DNA from: Octopus bimaculoides
Lineage: Eukaryota
Length of the DNA: 64,000 bases
Direction of reading: 5' to 3'
Assembly: GCF_001194135.2 (NCBI RefSeq)
Contig: NC_068994.1
Coordinates: 20,776,269 to 20,840,268 of the forward strand
The position numbers and the translations under genes were made by a program. The notes under the pieces were generated by a model, which saw nothing but the letters and a program-made list of their open reading frames with translations, did no database searches and was not told the origin of the DNA. Below are positions 24,521 through 37,567 of the stretch, piece by piece. Numbering within the stretch: position 1 is the stretch's first letter; the number at the start of each line of letters is the position of its first letter.

Positions 24521-24651
24521 AGTTACTGCATTAGTTGAATATAAGATGAATGTTTTTGAAGTATCTTTATTTTTTTCTAATAGTAGTTTTTAGATGTAAT
24601 CTTTTACCCATTCTGTGGTGACATGTACAAGGCAACCATGCCAATGACACA

Positions 24652-25916
24652 TATTGGGTCATCCCATAAATAATGCAGTTTTTTCAATTGCATGAACTAA
24701 AAGTTGGTGGAGGATGGGATAAACTATCTGCATCAACTTTCTTTGAAAGCAGGTAGTAATTTTACCTTGTCCTTATTCTTAGTGCAAGTTTTGAAGAGTG
24801 CAGTTTGATTTTAACAGTTATTTTTTCAAAGTTATAATGGAAGTGACAAAGGAGCATATTCAGCATATTTTGCTTTATGAGTTCAATAAAGCAACAATGC
24901 AATGAAAAGTGTGAGGAATATTAATGCAGTATATGGGGATTGGACAATAAATGTAAGCCAGTGTCAATAGTGGTTCCAAAAATTCTGAGCTGGAAACTAC
25001 AGCCTAGAAGATGAGCCTCATCCTGGAAGATCTGTAGAGCTCGATGAGAACATCCTGCAAACCCTGGTGGAACAAAATTCCATCATAATTGTTGAGGAAC
25101 TAACAGGGAAGCTTGGATTTAGTCATTCAACCATTCATTGACACTTGCGTGCCATCGGAAAAGTCAGCAAATTTGTCAATGGGTTCCTTACAAACTTTTC
25201 AAGTCTAATTGCATGCAGAGAGTGAATGTGTGCTCTTCTTTACTGTCACATTTCACAAATGATCCCTTTTCGGACCGACTAGTGACAGGTGACGAGAAAT
25301 GGGTTCTCTATAAAAATGTCAAGTGCTGAAGACAGTGGCTAGGGAAAGGAGAAACACCAGGACTCATAAGGCGTTGTTATCTGTTTGGTGGGATATGAAA
25401 GGTTTAGTCCACTTTGAACTTTTAAACCCAAACCAAACAATAACAAAGGAGATCTAATGTGAGCAGCTTGAGTGGCTGAAGTCAGTGCTAGAAGAAAAAC
25501 ATCCATCTATGGTTTCAAGGGGAAAGGTGTTCTTCCATCAGGATAATGCTCAGCTACATACAGCAAGGATGACATTCCAGAGGCTGGAGCAGTTTGGATG
25601 GGAAACGATGCCCCATCCACCATATTCGCCAGACATTGCCCCATCTGATTATCATTTATTCCACAGTCTTCAAAATCATTTGGACAGAAAAAATATGAAT
25701 TCTGGAGATGAGATCAGAACAGCACTGGAGGAGTATTTTTTGTCACGGACAAGTGAATTTTGGAAGAGGGGCCTTGCAAGTCTACCAGATAGATGGAAGA
25801 GCATTGTAGAAAATGAAGGAGAGTATATTTTAGATTAAAAAAGAACTTTGTTTATCTTAATTTTGAAAAATAAAAGAAGTATAAAAAAACTACTTTATTT
25901 ATGGGATGACCCAATA
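24652..25916 (+). mobile_element. mariner D34D element, near full length, copy 2 (same family as 10152-11419)
   Basis: TIRs TATTGGGTCATCCCATAAATAA / TTTATGGGATGACCCAATA; 1265 bp; co-linear with the reverse complement of copy 1. Confidence 0.93.
24837..25838 (+). pseudogene. mariner transposase pseudogene
   Basis: QWVPYKL (WVPHEL), VTGDEKW, HQDNAQLH, PYSPDIAPSDYHLF; 34 residues between the 2nd and 3rd catalytic D; stops and frameshifts present. Confidence 0.93.
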
Positions 25917-26079
25917 GAAGGCACCCAGTACACTCTGTGGAGTGGTTGGCATTAGGAAAGGCATCCAGTTGTAGAAACCAAGCCAAAACAGACTGGAGCC
26001 TGGTACAACTCACTGACTTAACAGTTCCAGCCAAACCATCCAACTCATGCCAACATGGACACTGAATGATGATGATGAT
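25917..26079 (+). mobile_element. RTE LINE 3' end fragment abutting the mariner TIR
   Basis: gcacccagtacactctgtggagtggttggc...aatgatgatgatg. Confidence 0.8.
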
Positions 26080-26344
26080 AATTACACAGCTCAAAACATA
26101 TCTACTCCCATACATGTATATCTTTGCATGTATACCTACTGTCATGTTTATGCATATACATACACACTTGCTTATACTTCTCTAAAATTTAAAGGTGCTA
26201 ACATGTATCCAAATGTGTGAATAATTAGGAAGCATTGCCTCACTGTGGCTTGGAAACTTGCCTGGAAATCACTATAAAGCAAACTTGCATATATACTGAG
26301 GCTCACCTAACTTAGTTCCATCATGGATTCAAAGAATTTTAATT

Positions 26345-26872
26345 ATATATCTTTTACCTTTTACTTGTTTCAGTCATTAGACTGTGGCCAGCTGGAGCAC
26401 TACCTTGAAGAATTTTTAGTTGAATGAATTGACCCCAGTACTTATTTTCATTTTAAAGTCTGGTACTTATTCTACCAGGCTCATTTGCTGAACCACTAAG
26501 TTACAGGGACATAAACACACCAGTAGTGGTGGTGGGGTAAACACAGACACAAAGGCACACACACGTAGATATACAGGGTATCCACAAAGTCTGGCTGCAT
26601 GGAGTAAATAAAATCATAACATAAACAATTAAATATAAGAAATAATAATTCCTTAAAGTATGTGTTAATCCCCATGTACCCAGACTTTGTGGACACCCTG
26701 TGTATATATATGATAGTCTTCTTTCAGTTTCTGTCTACCAAATCCATCCACAAGGCTTTGGTCAGCTCGAGGCTATAGTAGAAGACACTGGCCCAAGGTG
26801 CCACACAGTGGGAATGAATTTGAAACCATATGGTTGAGAAGTAAGCTTCTTACCATACAGTCACACCTGGGC
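26345..26872 (-). mobile_element. SINE family B1 interrupted by a Tc1-like MITE
   Basis: Reverse complement of the B1 consensus on both sides of 26574-26700. Confidence 0.8.
26574..26700. mobile_element. 127-bp Tc1/mariner-type MITE
   Basis: ta|cagggtatccacaaagtctgg ... ccagactttgtggacaccctg|tg; ~30-bp TIRs. Confidence 0.8.
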
Positions 26873-26989
26873 CTGCCCCACACATATAAAATGAATATAA
26901 TATAAAAATAAACAAATCAGATGGGAAATGGAATGGACTGCAGTGACAGGGATTATAGTACAAAAAGTAAGCAGTGTATATTAGAACAA

Positions 26990-28250
26990 ATAGTTCTTTT
27001 TGATTAAATTAGTAGTAATAAGCAGAATTTGACTCAGCGGGTAGGCATTTATTCTTTTAGTTCTTTACATTGTTGATTAACTCTTGGAAGTATGTGCATG
27101 GTTTAAGTGTTTTATGTTGGCAGAATCAAGATTTTTGCAAGGAAAATTGCTAAACTGTCTATAGTACAAAAGTTGTAAGGTTTTTTTGTTAACACTTCAA
27201 GATGTTACTCTTGAGAATATTTTCCCACTTTAGTTTTTAATTTTCATTTTTTGTTGTCAAGATCCAAATATAACTTTGTTTCTGTGTTGATTCCTTAATG
27301 TATGTGTGTCAACTGAACCAGCTAAAGATAGATCAACATATTCCTTTAAAGATTTTTTTTTTGTATAGTGCAGCAATATACTGCATGTTATGTAACACAG
27401 AGTGTAGAAATGCAATTCTTTGGGTTTCTGTAGTAAAAAATAGATTTGTTCATTTTATATATGTTTCAGGAGGTAAGAGTAGGCAAATCTGAGTGTAGTG
27501 GAGAAAGATATTTTAATCGTGTTTATGTTAAAGATTTTGTGGTTACTGCGTTGTGGGTGAAAATATTTTCTAAGTAAATAAATTATGGACTATTGGAATC
27601 ACAACTTTTAACTTAGATGATATATGTATATTTTTATTGTTTCTATTAATTTTATTGTTAGTGGATGTTTTTAATATAGTGTTGTTGTCTTTTTCTTTTT
27701 GTGGCTGGTTTTAGAGAGAACTTGGAGATGTTATAAAATATTTTTTGTTGTCAAAGAGAATAGACAGTCTAAGAGAACTATTTTGAATTAAATTATTTAT
27801 AAATTTTTAAAGTAGTTTGAAAATGTATATAAAGTTTGCCACATTAGACTGTGGAATAGGTATTAGTGGTTTAAAGTTACATGAAGGAAGTTTACAATAG
27901 CTAAGTTAGTAGTCAGTTGTCTGTAGCTTTTGAAGAAGAGTTGGTGATTTTTCCTGTTTGTTTACTGCAACTTGAATTTATAGTTAGTAAATAGAACATC
28001 CTTTTCATGCAACTCTCTTTTGATATGAAGGTACGCAGCTTGTAAATTAGATAATCTGATAAGATCATAGATTTCTGTGGAGTCATATGCATCCATTCTG
28101 ACACAATGGATATTAGAGAATTTTGAACATAATTCAATATTATTTTTTATGATTCTAATATAATATTATACCTTCCACTTCACGGACAGATATTTTAGTA
28201 ATTGATCTTGCAACACTTAGAGAATTAATAATGATTTCATTATTGAAGAT
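26990..28250 (-). pseudogene. Penelope-like element remnant
   Basis: Minus translation near 27510-27570 KYFHPQRSNHKIFNINTIKISFS matches the PLE KHFP...HKIFNRNTVKVSYS motif; strand skew. Confidence 0.55.
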
Positions 28251-28525
28251 TTGTAGTCTTTACTGTCCAAATGGGGAAAAACTATATACTAACTGTTAAT
28301 GTGTTATTCCATAGTAGTAGCAATGTTGATATCACTTCTAATTTATAAATGACTCACATATATCTTTTTGCTGGATTTATTAGCCTGATTAGTTTTATTT
28401 TCAATGTTTATCTGTGGTCTTTAAATGTGAAGTATGATTTTCAGGCATCAATGGTTCCGTTCTATAATCTATGCCAATGTTCTATAATCTATGCCAATGT
28501 TCCAAGTAACACACATGTGCATGCA

Positions 28526-28556
<31 letters not shown>

Positions 28557-28938
28557 TAAGGCTTTGATGAATCTATAGTATGTAGTACTGGCACCTCAAC
28601 TCTGAGAGCTCTTCCTTTGTAACCAAAACAGCTGTAAGCTAATGAAGATGGTTACATAATTCCTGTTCTTTTGTCATTCATTCATTTACTTATATAAATA
28701 GACATAAAAAATGAAGCATAGACTCAATACTGAGTAGGAGGGAATTATTTAGTCCTTCTGCATAGAACAGCTTCTCTCATAGTAGTGCCATTATAAAATG
28801 TACCCAGTTCCCACTGTAAGACATACACAACAGTAAAGCTGGCCTGTTACCATGTGTACCAAAAATGAGTGTATGTGTGTGTAGTATAAAAAGATACGAT
28901 GTACATGCATACAGACAGATAGACAGATATACACTTAC

Positions 28939-29037
28939 ATATGTATAAAAACATATAGCTTGGTTTCTGGGTTGGAAGATAACTTCCTCCATCAGTTTCA
29001 AAGGTATTGCAAAGGGTCATAATATTTGCCCTTCCTT
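28939..29037 (-). CDS. candidate 99-nt symmetric exon (phase 1-1) GRANIMTLCNTFETDGGSYLPTQKPSYMFLYI
   Basis: tttattgtttaatcag acceptor, TAT|GTAAGT donor, exactly one open frame, non-repeat sequence. Confidence 0.5.
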
Positions 29038-30209
29038 CTGATTAAACAATAAACCATTTTCTTTAAAACCACACTCATCCTTTTTTGTTTTGTTTTTTCT
29101 TTCTTTCAGACTTAGTGTATCTGATAACATCATCCAATGTGTTCTTTCATTTTAAGGAAGTAGGGCCTGATTTGAGGGAGATATTATTACTATCTCTAAT
29201 AGATTGAATCACTGCATAGAGGCTCTCTTATTACCATTTGACTGATAATGTGAATTCTTTGAGGACTTATGATAGAAATCCATGTTTCTGATAGAAATTC
29301 TGTCTGACCCTGATAATGTTTGTGATGTTGTCTGTTTCTAATTTTTGTGCCTGACAATTTTCATCAAAATATGTTCCCATAACATGTGTGACATTATGTC
29401 ACACTGCTAATGTTTATCTTTCAAAGCAACTTACGTATTTTTGTTATCCAGTTTGATGTTTGTGCTCAGCCTCAATCTCTCTCTCTCTCTCTCTCTCGCT
29501 CAAGCATACTCATACATCCGCAGACACTATCTTAGTCTTTCTAAAATTACTTGCTGTCAAGATCCATTACACATGTCAGTACACAAGTTACATTATGCTG
29601 AATGTACATATGGTGTTACCTATAAATAACCACAGACTTTTATTTACATGTGCTGAAGCTAATAGCTCCTAGCAAACTTCACGCACTTTTAGCCTCAACT
29701 ACTTACTATTACCAATCTCTGCTTAGTTGCTGTTGAAATTATATTTTGAGACTAGAATATAAGCAGTTTTTTTGGTGAGAATTTTAAGTAAAGTCTTATT
29801 TTCTTTTGCATCGCTTGATCTGCTGCTAGTATTAGTTTGCAAGTATAGCAATCATCCTGCAGGTATCTTACAACTTGTGAGCTAATTATAGATGAAGGTA
29901 AATTTAATCAGCAAAGCCTGGTCAGCGAAGACATATTTGCAGGTGCCTTGCTTATTTATCCATTGCAGACTTTATCTAAGAACACCCCTTCTCTCTCTCA
30001 CTCTCTCTCTTTTATGGTAGAGTTAAACTAAGAACTGAGAAAGATCTGTATGACCAAAATTAGCATACAGCAATAAATTTTTTTTTAAAATGTAATAAAG
30101 AATAGCTCCCCTTTTGGTGAAGGTCACATATAACAGTTAACTTATGTCTTTTTATCTTTAATAATTTTGATGTCTTTTGTGTCCTGTTATGGTTTGGAGC
30201 AGAAACTAA

Positions 30210-30480
30210 TGGGCATCATTATCACCATCCTTGTTTTAAATGTATGATTTCCCATGTAGAATGGAGTGGATAGAAATGCTTATCAGCTTATTACCACTCA
30301 TCTTGATCTTTATCGTCTTGTCTTTAAGGTTGATGAACATCTTTAGATCTTCCCATGTCTCCCTAGGTTTACACTGTCATGAGTATTTTTCACCATGAGC
30401 TCACAGACCTTTTCATCTCTCACTCATTGTCCATCTACTTCATATGCCCACACCAGCTCAGTCATCTTTCCTCTATGTAG
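30210..30480 (-). pseudogene. decayed RTE LINE 3' remnant
   Basis: Minus strand resembles the ORF2 end at 22165-22507 (aaacctagggagacatgggaag cf. aaacccagcaagacatgggatg). Confidence 0.5.
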
Positions 30481-30865
30481 ATCATAATTGATCCAGAAGA
30501 TCATAATTGTCTCATTTTTTGTTTTCAGATTTTGTAAATCATGCTTATATGCTACCTATGTTTCACCAGCATATAGCATCATACTCTTTATACATACTGT
30601 TTATATATATATATATATATAAAGAGAGAAAGCTTTTGTTGTCAAAAGATATAAAAAAAAACTCTCTAGAATTTTACTTTCTTCTTACTCTGGCTACTAT
30701 GCTCTCATTACAGATACTTTCAGTACCAATTAGATCACCTATGTAACTTTGTGCTGTGAACTCACTAAGAAGTTCATGGATTTTGTGGCTGTCCTCACTA
30801 CTAAATATTCCTGTATATCTTATACATTTGTACATACAAAGAGTGTAATAATTACAATAACTGGT

Positions 30866-31071
30866 TTAACCCTTTAGCATTTAAACCAGCAATATCTGGC
30901 TTAAGTATTCTTCCTTTGTATATTCAAACTGGCCAGATCTGGCCTTCCATACTTACCCAACAATGTCATTCTAAAAATAAACAGTCACATCATTAAAATC
31001 TGAAAGCTACAAGATAATGCCTGAGTAATTCAAAATAATTTGACAGAATAATCTGAATGCTAAAGGGTTAA
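30866..31071. mobile_element. piggyBac-like MITE
   Basis: TTAA|CCCTTTAGCATT ... AATGCTAAAGGG|TTAA. Confidence 0.85.
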
Positions 31072-31807
31072 TATTTACTTTTGGTGTTTATCAGCTATGT
31101 ACTCATGTTTTCCCCTTCCTTCCCTATTGCTTCACATATGAAACCAACACCACTGTTCTACACTGAAGATCAGTACTTTTCATCTTCCTTTTTGCTTTTG
31201 CCCTTTTGGTTCTGGGTCCTTTAATATAATCAGTGTATTTTGTTAAGATAGTTAAGTGGGAGTTTACATACTTAGAGAACTTCCCAAAATTACACCCATA
31301 ATGAAAATCATTAGTAACAAGTGCTGTGACAACATCAGTCATGTTTCACTCTTATTAAATCTCATCAGTGAAGGGTAGTCTTACTTAAACCAGATCTTAG
31401 GTGAATTGAGAGAATGCTGAATATTTTGAATAAAAAACATTCACTGATATAGCATTATGTAAGTGGGAGGTTAGTGTACTTAATGTAACAAACCTCCAAA
31501 TTTTTTTTAATTAAAATTCAACCAGAAAAAAGAAAAAAATTATTAATTTTAATGATTTAATTATGGTTAAAAAAAAACAACTTGGAAAGTGAAATTTATA
31601 GTTAAATAGGAGACGTGGTGAGTCTGATGGATGACATGATTTACTAAAATTTATATATAAATAATTTTTCTAGATTGTACTTAGTTGCAAATAACTTAAA
31701 AGATTAAGAGTTGAAACTGAAATAATTTACATCATGGAAGAATCACAAATATATTCCATTCTACCACTTTTGTTTTATTCATTAATAGCATTATATATAA
31801 TAGAAAA

Positions 31808-31987
31808 CAGGGATCCCCAACCACCAGATTGTGGATCATTTGGTACCAGGCTGTACAGAAAGAATAAATTTTTAAATTTTATTTCTGTTTTATTGACTGT
31901 TGCAGTCTGCAGAGTGATCTGTGGTCTATGAAAACCTTGGTCTATGAAAAACTAGTCTGTAGGGCATAAAACAGCTGGGAATCTTTG
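31808..31987. mobile_element. decayed hAT-Charlie-like MITE
   Basis: cagggatccccaac ... gctgggaatctttg imperfect TIRs; TSD unclear. Confidence 0.45.
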
Positions 31988-32800
31988 CTACAAAGCATGA
32001 AAGTTTTGGTAGATATGTATTACCTGATTATTTTATAAGCCTCAAGAAATTCCTTTTTTTTTAATAATACTTTTTGATTTCTTTATTCTTGAAGCTCTGT
32101 AGTGCTTTATCTATATAAATCTTTCAGTCTTTTTAGAAACTGGAGATTTTGATTTAGTCCAATATAAAAAATAAATTGTTAAAATATAACTATTGCATGA
32201 ACTTGGATGAAATTTACTGATGTGATATAATCATTAGTAAACATTATGAATGCAGTTTTTACTTATTGTCATGTCCTTTCACCTACCAAGGGAGGGTGAA
32301 TACAGTTAAACTGATTACTGGACATTGATTTCCTAATTAAATCATTAATAATCAATAAATTACTAAAAAATAACATCCCTATCTTCTAATTCACTGCTGG
32401 CGTTATTAACAATTACTAAGCTTGAAAGTAGAGAGAAGGAAATCCAGAGAAATTTATTTGATAAAGCAGAAAAAAAATATACACAGGGCATCTTTTGACA
32501 AGAAGTTCTTTGTAAAATGAAGCTAAACTTTGTTTCTCACAGAAAAGAGTACTTAATTCTAGTTTTTGACTTTCAAATAACAACACAATTTGATCTATGA
32601 TTTTGTGTGGATTAAGATTTGGCAATAGGTGTACATATCTGCAGAACAAGATTTTATCTTAGAGTTAATTACATTTTTTTCAAGCATGAGAGAAGCTAAT
32701 GTAATTTGCAGTTTGATATACAACTTAATTCTGTTGTAATGTTTTTGGTCAACTTTTCTTTTTGATGGAAGTTGGAATTGTGTTTATGGCCTTCACTTAC

Positions 32801-32854
32801 CAACTAAGACTGATAAAATCAGTGCAGTTCCTTCTTGAACAACTAAGTTGATGA
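32801..32854 (-). CDS. candidate 54-nt symmetric exon (phase 1-1) INLVVQEGTALILSVLV
   Basis: tctccatgtttttcctgcag acceptor, TTG|GTAAGT donor; phase-compatible with 28939-29037. Confidence 0.5.
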
Positions 32855-33889
32855 CTGCAGGAAAAACATGGAGATAGAGAAAATTTCATCAAGTCATTAT
32901 TCTGCAGAAGGACTGATATAGTGGTTAGTTCAGGCCTAAGGTGATGGATAAAATAAGGGTGACGAGGGAGTTGGAAGATGGTGGCACAAGACCAACTAAC
33001 TCTCAGTCGTAATAGAAGAGAGCATATGTGAATGACTTTTATTTACTTTTCTATACTTTATTGAATTTTTGACAGTTTTTTTTATCTAGCAATTCCTGAA
33101 GAATAGCATTGTTTGTTGTTGTATTCCAACAGATAATTTACTGATTTGTTAGACCAATCGATTCATAATGGTGAGAGAAGCAAAGGGAGCATCTGTACCT
33201 TGGTGGAATTCATTTGAAGAGCCCCATTCTTTTTTTCTTTTTTTTTTTGATTTTACACTCTTTGCCAATCTATGGCAAAATATACATGCAAACACACACA
33301 TGTGTGCACACACGCACACACACACAGACACAGAATAAGTTTCTGCACAGTTTCCATCTACCAAATTCCACACACAAGATATTGACCAATCTGTGGCTGT
33401 GATCAAAGACATTTATGCAATTGGATTGAACTCAGAACAATATCATTGCAAAATATACTTCTTAACTACACATATTGTTTCTTTCTGATTTTAATACCTT
33501 ATCTTTCTTTCATTTTTTTCTTCATTTACTAATTTGCTATGTGGTTTATTCATTCATTATTATTGACTTTTTTCTCTTCTTGGGGAAGAAGTGGTATAAA
33601 TGGTTGGATATGTTTCCTATGAATTTATAGCTTTCCTCAAAGTATGTCTATAGTATCTGCCTGTATATTTAATATAAGATTATTAAGATATTTATAGTTT
33701 ATATTGTAATTTTTTTTTTTTTTTTGAGAATTTGCTGTAAAAATGTTTCTGGTTTATAATAGCCCAAAATTTCTGGTTTATAATAGCCCAGCAACCAGAT
33801 GTCACTTAGATGTCAATACAACAGCCTGACTCTGGCTGTCAGGCTTATATTTCTCTTTTTGCCTTGAGTTAATTATTGCTTAGGTATAC

Positions 33890-33961
33890 ATTTAGAGCAA
33901 AAACGGAACGTGTTTATATTTCTGAATAATGATATTTTCACATATGTACAGACCACTCTTC
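33890..33961 (-). CDS. candidate 72-nt exon (phase 1-1) RVVCTYVKISLFRNINTFRFCSK
   Basis: ttttttttgtag acceptor; weak AAT|GTATAC donor; retains CpGs. Confidence 0.25.
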
Positions 33962-34125
33962 CTACAAAAAAAATCTCCCATAAAAGTATCTCATCCTTTT
34001 CTTTAGATGTATTTATTTCCTATAAATAAATATATTGTCTCTACTCCTCACTGAGCTCCTCCAGTCACCAACAGTTGATTGATTATTGTTTTACATTGGT
34101 GCCATCTACTCCAATTCGTCTTTCT

Positions 34126-34344
34126 TTAACCCTTTAGTGTTCACATTATTCTGCCAAAATCGATGCTTTTTTATCCACATTGCTTTGAACTAATCATGCA
34201 TTATCTTGTAGCTATGAGATTTTAATAAGGTAGCTGCTAATTTTTAAAACGATATTGTAGGGTTGGTGTGAGAGACCAGATCTGGCCAGTTCTAACATAA
34301 AACAGGCAGAATACTTTTGGCCGGTTTAAATGCTAAAGGGTTAA
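34126..34344. mobile_element. piggyBac-like MITE (same family as 30866-31071, opposite orientation)
   Basis: TTAA|CCCTTTAG ... GCTAAAGGG|TTAA. Confidence 0.85.
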
Positions 34345-34439
34345 AGTCATTATCCTCAATAATTTCAATTCATACAACTTCTCTTGACTCTCTGACTCCT
34401 CTCACACTAGCACTGCCAAGTTAGAGACCCACTTTAAAC

Positions 34440-35660
34440 TGCCTGTACTAGTTAATATCTTCACTTATTGTTATACTCGTACACTAACTGGTACACTTAC
34501 TCTCTAAACATTTTTGGCCTCTTTTTCACTTCCAAACCCAGCCTTTGCCAACCTAGCCATCATAACTTCTGATTTCATTAGTTTGATTTTTTCCTAAGGA
34601 AGGCAATACACTCCATATCATTCTACTGTACAATAACTCCTACCCATAAACCCATTATTTCTTCAAGTCAGCTGACTATCCTTGGCTGTAAATGTATATC
34701 AAACTTTAACCCATCTTTGACGGCTAAAAAGATGTATGATGTCACCTTTTAGATATGTTCCTCCATATGTTGACTCAGTTAGAACTTACAACCCTATATG
34801 GCTCATTTATGGCTGCATTACATATGTACTTCCAAAGAATACTTTCTCAAAAATTTAGAAAAATCACCACACCGTCACTTATAAGGAAGCATTTACCCAT
34901 CATTGCAACTTCTGCAAAAGATTATCAAGAAAACAAAGATATTCTTTGTGAATCACATTACCTCCAAGTTCCTTCATTTTTCAACTGCAGCTTAGCCTTC
35001 TGCTTCTTTTCTAAAAGGGTTTCAGCCAACTTTATTGACCTTTCCTGGCCAACACTTCTCAGCTGAGAGGGTTCTGTCAGTAGAGTTTCTTTAGATAAAG
35101 CCACCACACTCGCTCATTCAACTCTACAATGTACACATGTACAGCATAATTCTTTGCTTTACACAACCATTCATCCAGTGAGATACAATGACCAATATCA
35201 GCAGTATTCATACTATTACTTTCTGACAATGGGCTCCAGAGCTAGATCCTGTTTTTACTGAACTTCTCAATTTTTCTCTCTTTTGAGGAGTATCTTCTCC
35301 AAACTACAGGAACACATGACAGTGTTCCATTTCAAACTTAACAAGCAACATGCTATCTTTGCTCCCAACATCTCAAAGCTGCCAGACTTAGAAGAGACTC
35401 ACCCTACTAAATGATACACCATCTGTCTCATTCTTTAGAACTTGGACAAACACAATATTATTGTTATGTATATCAGAGGTCTTTGATGATGTCTGAATCA
35501 TGTATCAATAATTATCTTGCCTGTTTACAGGCTATATCCATCTCTTTTGGATTGAAAATTTCCTGATGGACCACTTAACTGCAATATGTATCTCTCTGGT
35601 TCTCTTTCTCTAATTTATGTCTGCTAATTCTGGTACACTGCATAGCTTCATTGTTTCTTG
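34440..35660 (+). pseudogene. decayed CR1/Jockey-group LINE ORF2
   Basis: WAPELDPVFTELLNFSL (cf. CAPELAPVL..LF), WIENFLMD (cf. WIxSFLSD), ANSGTLH (cf. NSGVPQG). Confidence 0.5.
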
Positions 35661-36632
35661 TACTCTTTCTTCTCTAAATTGATGACCATCTAACTACAGA
35701 CATGTTTCTATAAAGATTTACCACCATTCACTCCTCTTAATCTTACACATACACACACTCTCTCCTCCTCCCTCCCTCTCTCTGAAGCATTATCCGCATG
35801 TAAGAATTACACTATTTCCATGAAAAGGTACTTCAAAAAGTTTTTCCAAAGATAGTCTAGTTTTCTTAAACAGTCACCAAGACAATCCCTAAATGTATCT
35901 AGGAAACAGTTCTGTACTACACTATCCTTACACATGAACAAGATGCAACGAAATTCATCAAAATGTTTACAAATGTTATGCCTATGATCTCTCATGGTAA
36001 AACATTATCAAAACTACATCAGAAGCCAGAAATATTTCAATCTATAAAACTCATGCATGATTCACATAAGAATAGTGTTCACATAACTTTAGACAACCTG
36101 GCGTGCCTGTCTTTCCTCCTCTTGTCATCCATACTGTATATTACTTATATCTAAACTCCTTATTAAATGCTTTGCCTTACTAATTCTTTTACTCCTCTTC
36201 TACCCACTTCTGTCAGCTTCTGTCAGCCTAGTTAAGTCACAAGCTGAACATCAACTTCATCAACTGCAGTTTAATTTAAGATTCCATAATCTCTGTTGTG
36301 CTTTCTTCAATGAACTCATAAGAATATCTTTATCAAGAATATTTGAATGTTTTTTATTTCAGTTAATCAAGTTGTCACTTTACCTCAGTATCATATATCT
36401 ATGGATAGAATGAGTATTAGTAACCACCATCTGTTCTGTATCTTCTAAAGTTGATTTATTTCAGCCATATGATGTTAGTTTTGAGCTGCTGTGTCTTATG
36501 TCACCTCCTGTTTTGACATACCTACCTTACAGCAACTCTGTTATTATGCATGTAGTACACTATTTGTCTCTGTTTTGTTGATATATTGTCTTAATACCTA
36601 TATTCATGGTTCTATTTTAAATATACTTACAG

Positions 36633-36708
36633 AAAGAAACTGAAGGGAAAAGTTTTGAAGAAAAAAGCACCTCCCAAATTTCCTGGGGCTGCTAACTGGA
36701 AAGTTCAG
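36633..36708 (+). CDS. candidate 76-nt exon (phase 2-0) KKLKGKVLKKKAPPKFPGAANWKVQ
   Basis: atatacttacag acceptor, consensus CAG|GTAAGT donor, only one frame open, basic NLS-like content. Confidence 0.5.
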
Positions 36709-37567
36709 GTAAGTTATTTGAGTAACTTTATTGATTAGGTTAAGCAATGACTTGCTATGTAAGACAGGAGCTCCAACTAGTATTCTACTGTTAGTAAATA
36801 TTGGGAATGTTGTGCTCAATGGACTATCCTTTACATACAAATATTTCCAAAGAATTTGTGCTATGAGGTATTATTATTTTTACTACTAATTGGCTGGAAT
36901 ACAGAAATCTACTCCCATATTATATTCAATACACATACACATATGGAGCTGGCAATCACTTTTGATTTTATTAGAGGAAGACGTAAGGAGATACTTTTTC
37001 ATCTCATCAGTGACATATATTCCAGTATGAATGAGCCAACAAAGGTGCCTCTAAGTAGTTGCTTGACTGGCAAGAAATAGCAGTCAAAACACCTTCAAAT
37101 CACTTCCTACCACCTTAAAAAGGGAAGTATACATTAGCCTATGTAGTTCTGGCTCAATTAGAGGTGACTTGGCTTTAAACAACTACCACTACCAGAATTG
37201 TAAAAAGTGAACATTTTTAACACTATTAAGATGGTTGGGTGAAATAGTTGATGTCTGTCACTTTGTATAAAAATATTGCTATAAACAAACAAAAAAAACC
37301 TCATGTTTTTACCATTGAAAGTATAGTTACTAATTGCCAGGATTTAATTGATCTTATTAGGTGGGTCCAGGAAATTCAATGACATCATATTTAGCAACAT
37401 GACAGTCCTAATAATAATAGTTATTTTTTAACATTGATAATGTGTTACAAATGTACAGAGTAACGGTATATCAAATTCATTCATTGGTGTTTTCTTTATT
37501 GGTCTTGGAGAGGCTGAAATACAAAGTTGAACTTGCTAAGTTTTGAACTCAGAATGTGAAGGGATGT

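Noticed and set aside
27470-27472. 3-nt microexon tttcag|GAG|gtaaga on +
   Set aside because: Lies inside an antisense Penelope-like remnant; no independent support for a + gene here.
26990-28250. Nuclear mitochondrial insertion suggested by G/T skew (also 23430-24290)
   Set aside because: No mitochondrial protein, rRNA or tRNA motifs recognised; a Penelope motif explains this tract better.
28461-28502. Short tandem duplications (also near 33752-33790 and 58577-58606)
   Set aside because: Ordinary slippage duplications of 14-24 bp.
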